Assembly (NCBI GenBank): GCA_038206695.1
Contig: JBBRAN010000013.1
Location: forward strand, 662 to 64,661
Direction: 5' to 3'
Source: Hyphomicrobiales bacterium
GTDB lineage: Bacteria > Pseudomonadota > Alphaproteobacteria > Rhizobiales > Xanthobacteraceae
Length of the DNA stretch: 64,000 bases
The notes below the pieces were generated by a model. It did not search any database. It was not told where the DNA came from and saw only the letters and a list, made by a program, of their open reading frames with translations. This document shows positions 11,737 through 22,141 of the stretch, piece after piece. Each line of letters starts with the position of its first letter. Within the stretch, counting starts at the first letter, position 1. Made by a program: the position numbers and the translations under genes.

Positions 11737-12684
11737 TTAACCCATCCGGCGCTGGGTTTCGAGGGCCTCCAGGGCCCTGTCCGGCGTGACTGAAGGCCAG
11801 TCCGGCAGCTGGTTGCGAAACCAGGTGACCTGCCGCTTGGCGTACCGCCGGGTGTCCATCTGGGCGCCCGCCGCGGCCGTTTCCAGCGGCATCTCGCCAT
11901 TGAGGTGGCGCAGCAGCCACGGCACGCCGTGCGCCTTCATCGCCGGCAGCAACGGACCGAGCCTGCGGTCGACGAGCGTCCGCACCTCGTCGAGCGCCCC
12001 GTCCGCCAGCATCGCCTCGAACCGTCGTTCGATGCGCTCGACAAGCTCGCCGCGCTCGACGGCCAGGAAGACTTTCGCCACCGAACCGGCATCGATCAAA
12101 GGCGGCATGCCCTCGCCGTGCCAGTCCCGCAGCGAGCGGCCGGTGGTCTGCATCACTTCGAGCGCGCGCAGGATGCGCGAGGAATCGTTCGGCATCAGCC
12201 GGCTCGCCGACTTCGGGTCGGTGCGCGTCAACTCGGCGTACAGGCTTGCAATGCCGTCGCGCTCGAACCGGGCTCGCAAACCGGCGCGGACCTGCGGCGG
12301 CGTCGGCGGCACCGCGGCGAGGCCGGACGTCAGTATCTTGAAATAAAGCCCGGTGCCGCCGGTGACGATCGGCACGCCGCCGGCCGCGACGGTGTCGCGC
12401 ACGGCCCCCTCGACGTCCTTGATCCAGTGGCCGACCGAGTAATTCTCGGCCGCGTCGACATGGCCGTAGAGCAGATGCGGGACGCGGGCTTCGTCGGCCT
12501 CGCTCGGCCGCGCGGTGATGACGCGCAGATCGCGATAAACCTGCATGGAATCCGCATTGATGACGACGCCGCCGAGCCGCTCGGCAAGCGCAATCGCGAG
12601 CGCCGACTTGCCGCTCGCCGTCGGCCCTGCAATAAGCACCGTACCTTTGATGCCGTGAGCCTCATGCCTGACGTCGGCACTCAT
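11737..12684 (-). CDS. miaA: tRNA dimethylallyltransferase
   Basis: [30 protein letters not shown]; start codon uncertain. Confidence 0.95.
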   Translation of the reverse strand: MSADVRHEAHGIKGTVLIAGPTASGKSALAIALAERLGGVVINADSMQVYRDLRVITARPSEADEARVPHLLYGHVDAAENYSVGHWIKDVEGAVRDTVAAGGVPIVTGGTGLYFKILTSGLAAVPPTPPQVRAGLRARFERDGIASLYAELTRTDPKSASRLMPNDSSRILRALEVMQTTGRSLRDWHGEGMPPLIDAGSVAKVFLAVERGELVERIERRFEAMLADGALDEVRTLVDRRLGPLLPAMKAHGVPWLLRHLNGEMPLETAAAGAQMDTRRYAKRQVTWFRNQLPDWPSVTPDRALEALETQRRMG

Positions 12685-13560
12685 ACCGCTACCCTGATCG
12701 GGTCCCTCTCCACCGCGCTGGACGACACCGCGCTCGGCAAGGCGGCGGCGCTATTGCCCAACGCGCTTGCGCCGCAATGGCTCGCCGACGGCGCCGCCGC
12801 CGACATTCCCTTTAGCGCGGATCAAGATCAACGCGAAATAGCCGGCCGCCTGCGCGCGGCATTGCCGGGCCTCGACGTCGTGGTGCAGCCGAGCCTCGGC
12901 CGGCGCAAACTGCTGTTTCTCGCCGACATGGATTCCACCATGATCGAGCAGGAATGCATCGACGAGCTGGCGGATTTCGCCGGGATCAAGCCGAAAATCG
13001 CGGCGATCACCGAACGCGCTATGCGCGGCGAAATCGCCTTCGAGCCGGCGCTGCGCGAACGCGTCGGTCTGCTGAAAGGTCTGCCGGTCAAGGTGGTCGA
13101 CGACGTGCTGGAAAGCCGCATCACGCTGATGCCGGGCGCCAAGGTCCTGATCGCCACGATGCGCCGCAACGGCGCCTATAGTTGTCTGGTGTCCGGCGGC
13201 TTCACGGTGTTCACCGACCGTATCGCCCGCATGATCGGCTTCGACGAGACCCGCGCCAACCGCCTCGATATCGCGGGGGATGCACTCGCCGGCACCGTCG
13301 CCGCGCCGATATTTGGCCGCGACAGCAAGCACGCGGCGCTGGTCGAATTGCGCCAGCAACGCCGCCTGCAGCCCTCTGAAACCATGGCGATCGGGGACGG
13401 CGCCAACGACATCGGCATGATCGAGGAAGCCGGCCTCGGGGTCGCCTACCGCGCCAAGCCGGCGGTGGCGGCCGCCGCTCCCGCGCGCATCGACCATAAC
13501 GATCTGACCGCGCTGCTCTACGTGCAGGGCTACCGGCGCGGCGAATTCGTCGAGCGCTGA
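12664..13560 (+). CDS. serB: Phosphoserine phosphatase
   Basis: HAD motifs DMDST, VSGGF, GDGAND; start set at ATG 12664 (uncertain). Confidence 0.93.
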   Translation: MPDVGTHTATLIGSLSTALDDTALGKAAALLPNALAPQWLADGAAADIPFSADQDQREIAGRLRAALPGLDVVVQPSLGRRKLLFLADMDSTMIEQECIDELADFAGIKPKIAAITERAMRGEIAFEPALRERVGLLKGLPVKVVDDVLESRITLMPGAKVLIATMRRNGAYSCLVSGGFTVFTDRIARMIGFDETRANRLDIAGDALAGTVAAPIFGRDSKHAALVELRQQRRLQPSETMAIGDGANDIGMIEEAGLGVAYRAKPAVAAAAPARIDHNDLTALLYVQGYRRGEFVER

Positions 13561-13561
13561 A

Positions 13562-15067
13562 TTATTGCAGGCTGAGCGCCACGAAGGTGGTGTCGCCGTC
13601 GGCGGTGGCGACGAGCAGCACGGCGGCCTTCTTGCCTTCCTTCTTGAGCTTGTCGATGCGGGCCTGCAGGTCGGCCGCGCTCGAGACGGGCTGCTGCTGC
13701 AACTCAACGATCACGGCGCCGGGTGTCAGCCGCTTTTCGGCGGCGGGCGAACCGGGATCGACGCCGGTGATGACGACACCCTTCACCTTGTCCCTGATCT
13801 TGTATTTCTTCCGCAGCTCTTCGCTCATGTTGGCGAGGTTGAGGCCGAGCGCCTTCTGCACCGACGATTTGTTATCGTCGGGCGCGGTCGCATCGTCTTT
13901 CTTGTTGGCGAGCGCCGCCTGCTTTTCGCCGTCCTCGAGACGGCCGAGCTTGACCGTCTTGTTCTCTTCCTTGCCCTTGCGCACGATGACAACCTCGACA
14001 TCCTTGCCGACCGGCGTTTCGGCGACGATCTTCGGCAGGTCGCGCATCTCCTTGATGTCGCGGCCGTCGAACTTCACGACGACGTCGCCCGGCTCGATGC
14101 CGGCGGGCTTCGCCGGACCCTTCTCGTCGATGCCCGCGATCAGCGCACCGCGCGCCGGCTTGATGTTGAGGCTCTCGGCGATCTCGTCAGTGACCTGCTG
14201 GATGCGTACGCCGAGCCAGCCGCGGCGCGTCTCGCCGAACTGGCGCAACTGATCGATCACGCCGACCACCGTCTTCGACGGCACCGCGAAACCGATGCCG
14301 ATCGAGCCGCCTGACGGCGAGATGATCGCGGTGTTGACGCCGATCACTTCGCCGTTGAGGTTGAACAAAGGCCCGCCCGAATTGCCGCGGTTGATGGCGG
14401 CGTCGGTCTGGATGTAGTTGTCGTACGGGCCGGAATTGATGTCGCGGTTGCGCGCCGAAACGATACCGGCGGTCACAGTGCCGCCGAGCGAGAACGGGTT
14501 GCCGATCGCGATCACCCATTCGCCGAGCCGCAGCCGGTCGCTGTCGCCGAACTTGACGGCCTTGATCGGCTTCGGCGGCACGAATTTAAGGAGCGCGAGG
14601 TCGGTCTTGGAGTCGCGGCCCATGATCTCGGCCTTGATCGTGGTGCCGTCGTTCAGGATGACATTGACCTCGTCGGCGTCGGCGATCACGTGGTTGTTGG
14701 TCACCGCGATGCCGGACGGATCGATGATGAAACCGGAGCCGAGCGAATTCACGCGGCGCGGCGAATTGTTGTTATCGCCGCTGCCCGGCCCGTTGGGGCC
14801 GCCCGGCCCGCCGGGACCGCGGCGATTTTTGAAGAAGTCTTCGAAGAATTCCTCGAATGGCGAGCCCGGCGGCAAATTCGGCATCTGGCTCGAACGAACG
14901 TCGACCTTCTGCTTGGTCGAGATATTGACGACGGCGTCGATCACGCCTTCGGCGACGTCGGCGATCGCATCCGGGCCACGCGCCGCCGCGGGCGCCGCGA
15001 GGACGATCAGCGCAGCAGCCGCCGCCGACAGCGCAAGCCGTGGGTAACGAAGGGAAAGGCCAGACAT
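13562..15067 (-). CDS. Do/DegQ family periplasmic serine endoprotease with two PDZ domains
   Basis: TNNHV, DLALL, QTDAAINRGNSGG triad motifs; signal peptide after MSGLS; GGAG RBS. Confidence 0.95.
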   Translation of the reverse strand: MSGLSLRYPRLALSAAAAALIVLAAPAAARGPDAIADVAEGVIDAVVNISTKQKVDVRSSQMPNLPPGSPFEEFFEDFFKNRRGPGGPGGPNGPGSGDNNNSPRRVNSLGSGFIIDPSGIAVTNNHVIADADEVNVILNDGTTIKAEIMGRDSKTDLALLKFVPPKPIKAVKFGDSDRLRLGEWVIAIGNPFSLGGTVTAGIVSARNRDINSGPYDNYIQTDAAINRGNSGGPLFNLNGEVIGVNTAIISPSGGSIGIGFAVPSKTVVGVIDQLRQFGETRRGWLGVRIQQVTDEIAESLNIKPARGALIAGIDEKGPAKPAGIEPGDVVVKFDGRDIKEMRDLPKIVAETPVGKDVEVVIVRKGKEENKTVKLGRLEDGEKQAALANKKDDATAPDDNKSSVQKALGLNLANMSEELRKKYKIRDKVKGVVITGVDPGSPAAEKRLTPGAVIVELQQQPVSSAADLQARIDKLKKEGKKAAVLLVATADGDTTFVALSLQ

Positions 15068-15080
15068 AGGCGTCCGTGCT

Positions 15081-15120
15081 CCAAGAGGAAACAAGTGGAA
15101 ACAAGAGGAAACAAGAGGAA
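15081..15120. repeat. Tandem array of four 10-bp units (ACAAGAGGAA)
   Basis: ccaagaggaa acaagtggaa acaagaggaa acaagaggaa, then a partial agagg. Confidence 0.9.
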
Positions 15121-15222
15121 AGAGGTTGCCGGGACAGTGCCCCCGTCCGGCCGGGGATTCAAGCGACTATCAAGTTATGCCGATCAACAGCCCGCGAGCC
15201 TGCACTGACGGCGTCAAGCCCG

Positions 15223-15408
15223 CTAGCCGCGCATCAGCCAGACCACAACCAGCCCAACGAAGGCCGAGCCGATGCCGATGATTCGGAGCGACATGTCCGG
15301 CGTCTCGGCCACGGCGGCGACCGCTTTCTTGGCCGCGTTGGGAAACGCCGCGAACACCAGGCCTTCGATCACGAACACAAGCCCGATCGCGACCAGGAAA
15401 TCGGACAT
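15223..15408 (-). CDS. DUF2065 (YjeT-like) small membrane protein
   Basis: LVFVIEGL...FP motif and canonical position after hflC. Confidence 0.88.
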   Translation of the reverse strand: MSDFLVAIGLVFVIEGLVFAAFPNAAKKAVAAVAETPDMSLRIIGIGSAFVGLVVVWLMRG

Positions 15409-15423
15409 GTCGCGGTCGCGGGC

Positions 15424-16356
15424 CTATCGCGCCGGCGCGGGAGCGGCCGGCGTGGCGCCTGACGACGGCGCGGGTGCGGCGGCCTTGCCGCTCGGATCGA
15501 CGAAGAACCGGAAGAAGTTCGAGTCGGGCCGCAGCAACAGCCGCGTGTCGTTGGCGCGCAGGCCCGCTTCGTAGGCCTGCATGCTGCGGTAGAACGCGAA
15601 GAACTCCGGATCCTGGTTGAACGCCGTAGCGAAAATCTCGTTGCGTTGCGCGTCGCCCTCGCCGCGGATCTGCTCGGAGCGCGACGTCGCGTCGGCGACC
15701 AGCACCGTGACTTCGCGGTCGGCGCGCGAGCGGATCTCCTGGCCGCGCTGGGCACCTTGCGCGCGGAATTCCGCGGCCTCGCGCTGGCGCTCGGTCTGCA
15801 TGCGCTGGTAGACCGCCTGGCTGTTCTGCTCTGGAAGGTCGGCGCGGCGGATGCGCACGTCGACCACCTGGATGCCGTAACCGCCGGCCTCGCGATCCAC
15901 CAGGTCGCGGATGCGCGCCATCAGGTCGGCGCGCTGGTCGCGCACGACATGGGTGAACGTCACCTCGCCGAGCACGCGGCGCAGCGCCGAATTGAGCAGG
16001 ATCGACAGCTGCGAATTGGCGCCCTGGATCGAGCCGAGCGTCTGGTAGAACCGCAGCGCGTCGATGATGCGGTAGCGCGCGAAGGCGTCGACTACCAGCC
16101 GCTTCTGATCGGACGCGATGACTTCCTGCGACGGCGATTCGAGATCGAGAATGCGCTTGTCGATGCCGATCACGTTGTCGACGAACGGCAGCTTGACGTT
16201 GAGGCCGGGCTCGTTGACGACGCGCACCGGCTGGCCGAGCCGCACGACGAGCGCCTGCTGGGTCTGGTAGACCGTGAAGAACGAACTGTAGGCGACGAGC
16301 AGCGCCGCCAGCAGGACGACGATCAGCACGCCACCGGCGATATTGAGGCGCATCAT
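15424..16356 (-). CDS. hflC: FtsH modulator HflC
   Basis: SPFH domain, VDVRIRRADLP, RMQTERQREA; start overlaps the hflK stop. Confidence 0.95.
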   Translation of the reverse strand: MMRLNIAGGVLIVVLLAALLVAYSSFFTVYQTQQALVVRLGQPVRVVNEPGLNVKLPFVDNVIGIDKRILDLESPSQEVIASDQKRLVVDAFARYRIIDALRFYQTLGSIQGANSQLSILLNSALRRVLGEVTFTHVVRDQRADLMARIRDLVDREAGGYGIQVVDVRIRRADLPEQNSQAVYQRMQTERQREAAEFRAQGAQRGQEIRSRADREVTVLVADATSRSEQIRGEGDAQRNEIFATAFNQDPEFFAFYRSMQAYEAGLRANDTRLLLRPDSNFFRFFVDPSGKAAAPAPSSGATPAAPAPAR

Positions 16357-17486
16357 GGGCGGCCTCCTGCGGCTGGGGCTTGCGGCGCGCGCGGGCGGCT
16401 GAGTTCGCCGAGCGGCAGATAGGGCACGACGCCGCTGCCGCCGGTGCCGGAATCGAGGATGATCTTGTCGGCGCCGCCGAGCACGCGCTCCATCGTCTCG
16501 AGATACATGCGCTGGCGCGTGACGTCGGGCGCTTTCTTGTACTGCTCGTAGATCTTGATAAAGCGCGAGGTCTGGCCGGTCGCTTCGGCGACGGTCTGCT
16601 GGCGATAGGCTTCGGCAGCCTGGGTGATCTGCGCGACGCGGCCGCGCGATTCCGGCACGACACGGTTGGCGTAGGTTTGCGCCTCGTTCTGGGCGCGCTC
16701 GAGATCGGCGCGCGCCGCCTGCACGTCGCGGAACGCGTCGATCACCTGCGCCGGCGGATCGACCTTCTGCAACTGCACCTGTGTGATCAGGATGCCGGCG
16801 TTGTAGTGGTCGAGCGTCCGCTGCATCAGTTCCTGCACGGCGTTCTCGATATTCTGGCGCGCGCCGGTCAGGATCGGCTGGATCTCGGAGCGGCCGACGA
16901 CTTCTCGCATCGCGCTTTCGGCCACCGCTTTCACGGTGCCTTCGGGATTTTGAATGTTGAACAGATATTCCCCGACGCCGGTCGGCTTGACCTTCCACAG
17001 CACGGAGAAATCGACGTCGACGATGTTCTCGTCGCCGGTCAGCATCAGGCTTTCTTCGGGAACGTCACGCACCGCGGTGCCGCGGCGCGAATCCTCGACC
17101 GTGCGCATGCCGATGTCGATCTTGTTGATGCGCAGCGCCTTCGGCAGCAGCACGGTCTCGATCGGATACGGCAAATGATAATTCAGGCCCGGCTGCACCT
17201 CGCGCGTCTGCTTGCCGAAGCGCAGCACGACGCCGAGCTCGTCCGGCTCGACGCGGAAGAAACCGGAAAATCCCCACAGCACCAGCGCGGCAAGCGCCAG
17301 CAACGCGAAGCCTTTGCTGCCCATGCCGCCGCCCGGCAGGACGCGGCGCAGCCGGTCCTGGCCGCGGCGCAGCAGCTCTTCAAGATCGGGCGGTGTTGGG
17401 CCGGACGATTGCGGTCCCGAGCCCCAAGGACCCTTGGAGCCTGAGCCCCACGGTCCGCCGCCGCCTCCTTGGTTGCTCCACGGCAT
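16353..17486 (-). CDS. hflK: FtsH modulator HflK
   Basis: MPWSNQGGG...PPDLEE N-terminus, MLTGDENIVDV, RMYLETME. Confidence 0.96.
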   Translation of the reverse strand: MPWSNQGGGGGPWGSGSKGPWGSGPQSSGPTPPDLEELLRRGQDRLRRVLPGGGMGSKGFALLALAALVLWGFSGFFRVEPDELGVVLRFGKQTREVQPGLNYHLPYPIETVLLPKALRINKIDIGMRTVEDSRRGTAVRDVPEESLMLTGDENIVDVDFSVLWKVKPTGVGEYLFNIQNPEGTVKAVAESAMREVVGRSEIQPILTGARQNIENAVQELMQRTLDHYNAGILITQVQLQKVDPPAQVIDAFRDVQAARADLERAQNEAQTYANRVVPESRGRVAQITQAAEAYRQQTVAEATGQTSRFIKIYEQYKKAPDVTRQRMYLETMERVLGGADKIILDSGTGGSGVVPYLPLGELSRPRAPQAPAAGGRP

Positions 17487-17533
17487 GAACAGGTTCCCCC
17501 GGCGCGGTTTTGTGCGCCTTAAGTCGGTGCGGT

Positions 17534-17561
17534 TATAGGGGACGCCAAGGGGGGTTACAAC
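17534..17561 (-). promoter_or_regulatory. Putative RpoH (sigma32)-type promoter of hflKC
   Basis: GTTGTAA-N15-CCTATA on the minus strand, similar to the rhizobial RpoH consensus CTTGAA-N15/16-CCTATA. Confidence 0.45.
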
Positions 17562-17599
17562 GCAAGCAAAAGCCGGATTGTGAGGCGTTTGGCCGCTTT

Positions 17600-18103
17600 T
17601 CAGCGCCGCTCGTAGCTCGCCGTCTGGAACCCAGCGTCGTCTTCAAGGCCCGGCGCATGTTCGCGGCTGGCGGTCTTGCACCACACTGCGGGGTCGATCG
17701 GCGGAAAGAACACGTCGCCCTCCGGCGCCATGTGGACGTGGGTAATCTCGAGCCGGTCGGCGGTTGGGAGGGTGGTTTCGAAGATACCGTGGCCGCCGAT
17801 CACCATGATTTCATCGACGCCGCGCCGGCGCGCATCCTGGCGCGCGAAAGCCAGCGCGGCGTCGATGCTGGTCGCCAGCACCGCGCCTGGCATCGAGCGG
17901 CTGAGGTCGCGCGTCACCACGATGTTGGTGCGATCCTTCAGCGGCTTGCCGATCGAGGCGAAGGTTTTTCGCCCCATCACCACCGGCCTGTTGAGCGTCA
18001 CCCGCTTGAAGTGCTGCAGATCGGATTTAAGCCGCCACGGCAGTTTTCCTCCGCGGCCGATCACGTTGTTTTCGCCGATCGCGGCCACCAGAACGACTTT
18101 CAT
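17600..18103 (-). CDS. folA: Dihydrofolate reductase
   Basis: IGRGGKLPW, VMGRKTF, RTNIVVT, VIGG, GDVFFP. Confidence 0.96.
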   Translation of the reverse strand: MKVVLVAAIGENNVIGRGGKLPWRLKSDLQHFKRVTLNRPVVMGRKTFASIGKPLKDRTNIVVTRDLSRSMPGAVLATSIDAALAFARQDARRRGVDEIMVIGGHGIFETTLPTADRLEITHVHMAPEGDVFFPPIDPAVWCKTASREHAPGLEDDAGFQTASYERR

Positions 18104-18603
18104 GATCGGCCTTCGGCGCTGGCGAAACGCTCCAGCGCTTTGCCGCTCATGCGGCAGATGCGCCAATCATCCATCACGGTCGCGCCGATCGACTTGTAGA
18201 ACGCGATCGACGGCGTATTCCAATTCAGCACCGCCCATTCGAACCGCGCCCAGCCATTGTCGATACAGCGGCGCGCCAGTTGCGCCATCAGGGCCTTGCC
18301 GAGCCCGCGGCCGCGAAACGCTGGACGCACGAAAATATCCTCGAGATAAATGCCGTGGCGGCCGCGAAACGATGAGTAATTGAGGAACCACAGCGCGCAG
18401 CCGGCGGCCTCGCCTTCCCATTCCGCGACATCGCAGAACACGCGAGGCGCCGGGCCGAACAGCGCCGCGTTCAATTGTTCGGGTGTGGAGTCGACGTCGG
18501 CGGCGAGCCTCTCGTATGCGGCGAGCTCGCGCACCAGCGCGAAGATCAGTGCGCCATCCGCCGGCGCGGCGGGGCGGACGGCGATGCCCGCCGCGCCGTT
18601 CAT
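18100..18603 (-). CDS. GNAT N-acetyltransferase (SSAT/diamine acetyltransferase-like)
   Basis: [17 protein letters not shown] acetyl-CoA motif and WAVLNWN...FYKSIGA; ATGA overlaps with both neighbours. Confidence 0.9.
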   Translation of the reverse strand: MNGAAGIAVRPAAPADGALIFALVRELAAYERLAADVDSTPEQLNAALFGPAPRVFCDVAEWEGEAAGCALWFLNYSSFRGRHGIYLEDIFVRPAFRGRGLGKALMAQLARRCIDNGWARFEWAVLNWNTPSIAFYKSIGATVMDDWRICRMSGKALERFASAEGRS

Positions 18604-19394
18604 ACCGCGACCTTGGCCTTGATGTGCGGATGGGGGTCGTAGCCGTGCAGGGTGAAGTCCTCGTAGCGGAACGAGAATATGTCCTTGACCGCGGGATTGA
18701 TCGTCATCGCCGGCAGCGCGCGCGGCGCGCGCGATAGTTGCAGCCGCGCCTGCTCGAGATGATTGAGATAAAGGTGGGCGTCGCCGAACGTGTGGACGAA
18801 CTCGCCGGGCTTGAAGCCGGTGACCTGCGCCACCATCAGCGTGAGCAGCGCATAGGACGCGATGTTGAAGGGCACCCCGAGGAATACGTCGGCCGAGCGC
18901 TGATAAAGCTGGCACGACAACTTGCCGTTCGCGACATAGAACTGGAACAAGCAGTGGCACGGCGGCAGCGCCATCTTGTCGACGTCGGCCGGATTCCATG
19001 CTGTAACGATCAGGCGGCGCGAATCCGGGTTGCGCTTGATCATCCCGATCACGTTGGCGATCTGGTCGATAGTCGCGCCGTCCTTCGCGGGCCAGGATCG
19101 CCATTGCTGGCCATAGACCGGGCCGAGATCGCCGCGCTCGTCGGCCCATTCGTCCCAGATCCGCACGCCGTGTTCCTGCAGATATTTGACGTTGGTGTCG
19201 CCGGCCAGGAACCACAGCAATTCGTAGACGATCGATTTGAGATGCAGCTTCTTGGTGGTCAGCAGCGGAAAGCCGGCGGCAAGATCGAACCGTAGCTGAT
19301 GGCCGAATACCGAAATCGTTCCAGTGCCCGTGCGGTCATGCTTCTCCACGCCATCGGCGAGGATATGCTCCATCAGTTCCTGATATCGACGCAT
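18600..19394 (-). CDS. thyA: Thymidylate synthase
   Basis: [31 protein letters not shown]. Confidence 0.98.
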   Translation of the reverse strand: MRRYQELMEHILADGVEKHDRTGTGTISVFGHQLRFDLAAGFPLLTTKKLHLKSIVYELLWFLAGDTNVKYLQEHGVRIWDEWADERGDLGPVYGQQWRSWPAKDGATIDQIANVIGMIKRNPDSRRLIVTAWNPADVDKMALPPCHCLFQFYVANGKLSCQLYQRSADVFLGVPFNIASYALLTLMVAQVTGFKPGEFVHTFGDAHLYLNHLEQARLQLSRAPRALPAMTINPAVKDIFSFRYEDFTLHGYDPHPHIKAKVAV

Positions 19395-19509
19395 CGGCAG
19401 CCTTTTGTGCGCGGGGCGACTCGCGGGCGGACGGGCAAGTCTACCCTTCCCCGCATCCGGACACAGCGGCCGTCGCGGGGCCGGTCGTAAACTGCGCGGA
19501 AAATCCCCG

Positions 19510-21015
19510 CTATTCGACGAACACTTCGTCGCGGCGCTTGCGGATCATCGGCAACACGGCCAGCACCAGCAGGAACAACGACACCAGCAGCAGGCCGGCC
19601 GAGATCGGCCGTGTTGCGAACACGGTGGCATCGCCGCGCGCGATCAGCATGGCCCGTCGCAGGTTCTCCTCCATCAGCGGCCCGAGCACGAACGCGAGCA
19701 CCAGTGGCGCCGGCTCGAAATCGTGCTTGACCAGCCAGTAGCCGAACAGGCCGAAGATCGCCGAAATCACCACGTCGGTCGGCGAGTTGTTGATCGAGTA
19801 GATGCCGATGCAGCAGAACACGATGATGGACGGATAGAGCAGCCGGTACGGAACGCGCAGCAGGCTGACCCAGACGCCGACCAGCGGCAGGTTGATGATG
19901 ACCAGCATCAGGTTGCCGAGCCACATCGAGGAGATCATGCCCCAGAACAGTTCGGGCTGCTTCACCATCACCTGCGGACCCGGCACGATACCGTGAATCG
20001 TCATCGCGCCGACCATCAGCGCCATCACCGCATTGGGCGGAATGCCGAGCGTGAGCAGCGGGATGAACGAGGTCTGTGCCGCGGCATTGTTGGCGCTTTC
20101 GGGCGCCGCCACGCCGCGGATCTCGCCGCGGCCGAATCTCTCCGGATGCTTCGAGATGCGCTTCTCGAACGTATAGGCCGCGAACGAAGCGACCACCGCG
20201 CCGCCGCCGGGCAGGATGCCGAGCAGCGAGCCGAGCGCGGTGCCGCGGACGATCGCGCCGGCGGAATCGATCAAGTCCTGGCGGGTCGGCATCAGGCCGG
20301 AAATCTTCGCTTTCACGATGTCGCGGCTTTCCTGCGACATTTCGAGGTTGCGGATGATTTCGGCGAAGCCGAACAGCCCCATCGCCACATTGGTGAAGCC
20401 GATGCCGTCCGACAGTTCGGTGACGTCGAACGTCATGCGCCCGACGCCGGTTTCGAGGTCGGAGCCGACCATCGACAGCAGCAGGCCGGTCAGGATCATC
20501 GCAATGGCCTTGAGCACCGAGCCCTTCGCAAGCACGACCGCAAAGATCAGGCCGAGCACCATCAGCGAGAAGTATTCGGCCGGGCCGAACAGCAGCGCGA
20601 GGCTGGTGAGCGGCGCGCCGAGCGCGGCGACCAGTACGGTCGAGACGCAACCGGCGAAGAACGAGCCGATCGCCGAAATCGAGAGGGCCGCTCCGGCGCG
20701 GCCCTGTCGCGCCATCTGGTGACCGTCGAGACAGGTGATGACCGATGTCGCCTCACCCGGAATGTTGACCAGGATAGAGGTGGTCGAGCCGCCATATTGC
20801 GCGCCGTAGTAAATGCCGGCGAGCATGATCAGCGCGCCGACCGGCGGCAGGCCGAAAGTGATCGGCAGCAGCATGGCGACGGTGGCGACAGTGCCGATAC
20901 CGGGCAGCACGCCGACCAGAGTGCCGACCAGTGCGCCGAGCAGACAGAATCCGAGATTGTAGGGATTGGCCGCAACCTGGAAGCCGAGCGCGAGATTGGC
21001 GAGAAGATCCGTCAT
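19510..21015 (-). CDS. tctA: Tripartite tricarboxylate transporter large membrane subunit TctA
   Basis: [26 protein letters not shown]. Confidence 0.93.
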   Translation of the reverse strand: MTDLLANLALGFQVAANPYNLGFCLLGALVGTLVGVLPGIGTVATVAMLLPITFGLPPVGALIMLAGIYYGAQYGGSTTSILVNIPGEATSVITCLDGHQMARQGRAGAALSISAIGSFFAGCVSTVLVAALGAPLTSLALLFGPAEYFSLMVLGLIFAVVLAKGSVLKAIAMILTGLLLSMVGSDLETGVGRMTFDVTELSDGIGFTNVAMGLFGFAEIIRNLEMSQESRDIVKAKISGLMPTRQDLIDSAGAIVRGTALGSLLGILPGGGAVVASFAAYTFEKRISKHPERFGRGEIRGVAAPESANNAAAQTSFIPLLTLGIPPNAVMALMVGAMTIHGIVPGPQVMVKQPELFWGMISSMWLGNLMLVIINLPLVGVWVSLLRVPYRLLYPSIIVFCCIGIYSINNSPTDVVISAIFGLFGYWLVKHDFEPAPLVLAFVLGPLMEENLRRAMLIARGDATVFATRPISAGLLLVSLFLLVLAVLPMIRKRRDEVFVE

Positions 21016-21030
21016 TTTGTGGGCGCTCGG

Positions 21031-21510
21031 TTAGAAGAATGCCGGCCAGAGCTGGAACGGCAGTTGCAGCAGGTACACGAACAGCCCCACGCAAAACGCG
21101 GTCATCACCGCAGCCGCAATGAAGCTTTCGACCCAGCGCATCTCGCTTGAGCCGAAAATCGAAATCAGGAATGTGACGTAGCTGGCGATCACCATGCCCA
21201 GCGGGCGGATCGTAGCCGCGAAAACCAGGATGCCGACCAGCACAAAGAGCGGGCCGCGAACGGCATAGGGTTCGATCTTTTCGCCGTCCGTCAGCAACCC
21301 GGTGAGGCTGACGCCGGCGCCGGCGGCGATCAGCAGCCACGCGAACATCCGCGGCGCGGTCGCCGGGCCGAACGCAAAGCCGCGCATGCCGGTGAGGTCT
21401 TGGGTCGTCCAGAGCGCGATCAGCCCTATGACGATCAAGACAAGGCCGCCGAAAAAATCCCGCGGTGCGCGAATCTTGAGGCCGAAGGTTGGAATTGTCC
21501 GCTGCGCCAT
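21031..21510 (-). CDS. tctB: Tripartite tricarboxylate transporter small subunit TctB
   Basis: About four TM helices, GPA..PR motif, directly upstream of tctA. Confidence 0.85.
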   Translation of the reverse strand: MAQRTIPTFGLKIRAPRDFFGGLVLIVIGLIALWTTQDLTGMRGFAFGPATAPRMFAWLLIAAGAGVSLTGLLTDGEKIEPYAVRGPLFVLVGILVFAATIRPLGMVIASYVTFLISIFGSSEMRWVESFIAAAVMTAFCVGLFVYLLQLPFQLWPAFF

Positions 21511-21610
21511 GACCTCCCCTTTGACTTCTTATTGTTGAGCGTCGCCCCTGCGATTTTTTACATAACTGCCGTGAGATAGCTAGACGTTCGATGGGGCCAA
21601 TAAACGCCGC

Positions 21611-22141
21611 CTAAAGCAACCCGCCAAGACCGGCCGCGCCGCCCACCACGAAAAACCACATCGGATGAATACGGGTGAAATAGCCGGCCAGCGCGGTCAC
21701 CACCGTGATCGCAGCCGCAGCCCATGTCTTGTCCGCGGCGCCGGTGATCACATAGGCGCTGGCCGCCATTAGCCCGATCGAAAGCGGAACCAGCCCGGCC
21801 TGGATGGCATTGCGCCAGTGCGCATCCTTGAAGCGTTCCCAGATTCGCGCGATCCAGAACGCGAACAGGCAGGTCGGTCCCGTCATCGCCGCGGTCGCGA
21901 CCAGGGCGCCTGCCAATCCGGCGACGTGATAGCCGATCAAGGTCACGATGATGACGTTGGGACCCGGTGAAAGCTGGGATATCCCGTACATGTCGGCGAA
22001 CTGCCGGTCGCTCATCCAGTGCTGGACGTCGACCGCCAGGCGGTGCATTTCCGGAATCGCGGCATTGGCACCACCGATCGCGAACAGCGACAGCAACGCG
22101 AAACGCAGCGCCAAGGTGACCAGAACGCTGCCCGCCATCAT
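21611..22141 (-). CDS. Short-chain chromate transporter (CHR), C-half subunit
   Basis: AIGGAN, SQLSPGPN. Confidence 0.88.
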   Translation of the reverse strand: MMAGSVLVTLALRFALLSLFAIGGANAAIPEMHRLAVDVQHWMSDRQFADMYGISQLSPGPNVIIVTLIGYHVAGLAGALVATAAMTGPTCLFAFWIARIWERFKDAHWRNAIQAGLVPLSIGLMAASAYVITGAADKTWAAAAITVVTALAGYFTRIHPMWFFVVGGAAGLGGLL

